Assembly: GCF_001194135.2 (NCBI RefSeq)
Contig: NC_068991.1
Span: 5,203,223 to 5,241,872, forward strand
Direction: 5' to 3'
From: Octopus bimaculoides
Lineage: Eukaryota
Length of the DNA: 38,650 nt
The notes below the pieces were generated by a model. It was not told the origin of the DNA. It was given only the letters and a program-made list of their open reading frames with translations, and made no database searches. Positions 37,946 to 38,650 of the stretch are shown piece after piece (the stretch's first letter is position 1; the number at the start of each line of letters is the position of its first letter). The position numbers and the translations under genes are program-made.

Positions 37946-38280
37946 CTTAGCGTATATCCTACCTCCCTACATATCTCTAACTACATATAGTGTGCAGTAC
38001 TGTCATATACTACATCGTACTCTGTTCTTTAATATAACTGACGTTGTTTAGCTGCCGTTTAGTCATTCTACTTGGCTTGTATCTTACCTCCCCACATATC
38101 TCTAACTACATATAGTGTGCGGTGTTGTCATATACTACATCGTACTCTGTTCTTTATTATAACTGACGTTGTTTAGCTGCTGTTTAGTCATTCTACTTGG
38201 CTTGTATCTTACCTCCCCACATATCTCTATCTACATATAGTGTGCGGTGTTGTCATATACTACATCGTACTCTGTTCTTT
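37946..38280. repeat. 125-bp minisatellite, second array (~2.7 units)
   Basis: ctacatatagtgtgc recurs at 37981, 38106 and 38231. Confidence 0.92.
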
Positions 38281-38616
38281 ACTACACAAATTATTATATC
38301 TTTCCTGTTCTCGTCATCGTTGCCGTTATTTTAAAAATAACATTATTTTGATTTAGTAATCATATATGAAACGACTTGAAAAGACGTCTTGTTGCTGTTC
38401 GTTTTTGCGTTTGTTTTTTTTCCGTTTCTTAAATTAGCAAAAACCTGCATAATGAACATAATAATTACCTTACAAAGAAAACATAACGACGACAACAACA
38501 ACAACAGCAAAGATGAAAGCAATGAAGTCGTCGATGGCTATGATGAAGCTGATGGGGAGGGAAAAGAGGAGATTGAAATAGAGGGCGAGGTGTTTTATAC
38601 TAATATTTACAAACGA

Positions 38617-38650
<34 letters not shown>
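37946..38650 (+). repeat. Near-identical second copy of 36370-~37280 (tandem duplication or duplicated haplotype)
   Basis: Both start cttagcgtatatcctacc. 37069 onward and 38540 onward share atgatgaagctgatggggagggaaaagagg...acaaacgaaataataat. Confidence 0.9.

Noticed and set aside
37946-38280. Possible CRISPR-like repeat-spacer array
   Set aside because: The units are contiguous full-length copies with no unique spacers, there are no cas genes, and the context is eukaryotic.

Overview
This is AT-rich eukaryotic DNA, almost certainly intronic or intergenic. I recognise its interspersed repeats as octopus-type tRNA-derived SINEs, so the source is probably a short-read Octopus assembly (recognition only, not verified by search). 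About 11% of the window is N, in 11 gaps that are nearly all flanked by microsatellites. The rest is dominated by (AT)n, (GT)n, (CT)n, (AAT)n and (GATA)n tracts and about 20 full or partial copies of three SINE families, labelled A, B and C here. Also present are a Tc1/mariner deletion derivative, a pogo/Tigger-like terminus, probable decayed LINE fragments and a 125-bp minisatellite. No complete gene, RNA gene, CRISPR array or operon-like system is supported. Almost every ORF in the supplied track comes from microsatellites or N runs. The notable features are structural: a 1.6-kb degenerate long inverted repeat (30462-32074), a perfect 18-bp hairpin (21186-21225), a hidden ~270-bp periodicity in the long CT tract, and a probable two-haplotype duplication at the right end. 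There are also a few short candidate exons on both strands, the best being 14341-14430 (+) and 36234-36293 (-). All exon calls are hypotheses based on splice signals. I found no convincing previously undescribed biological system.
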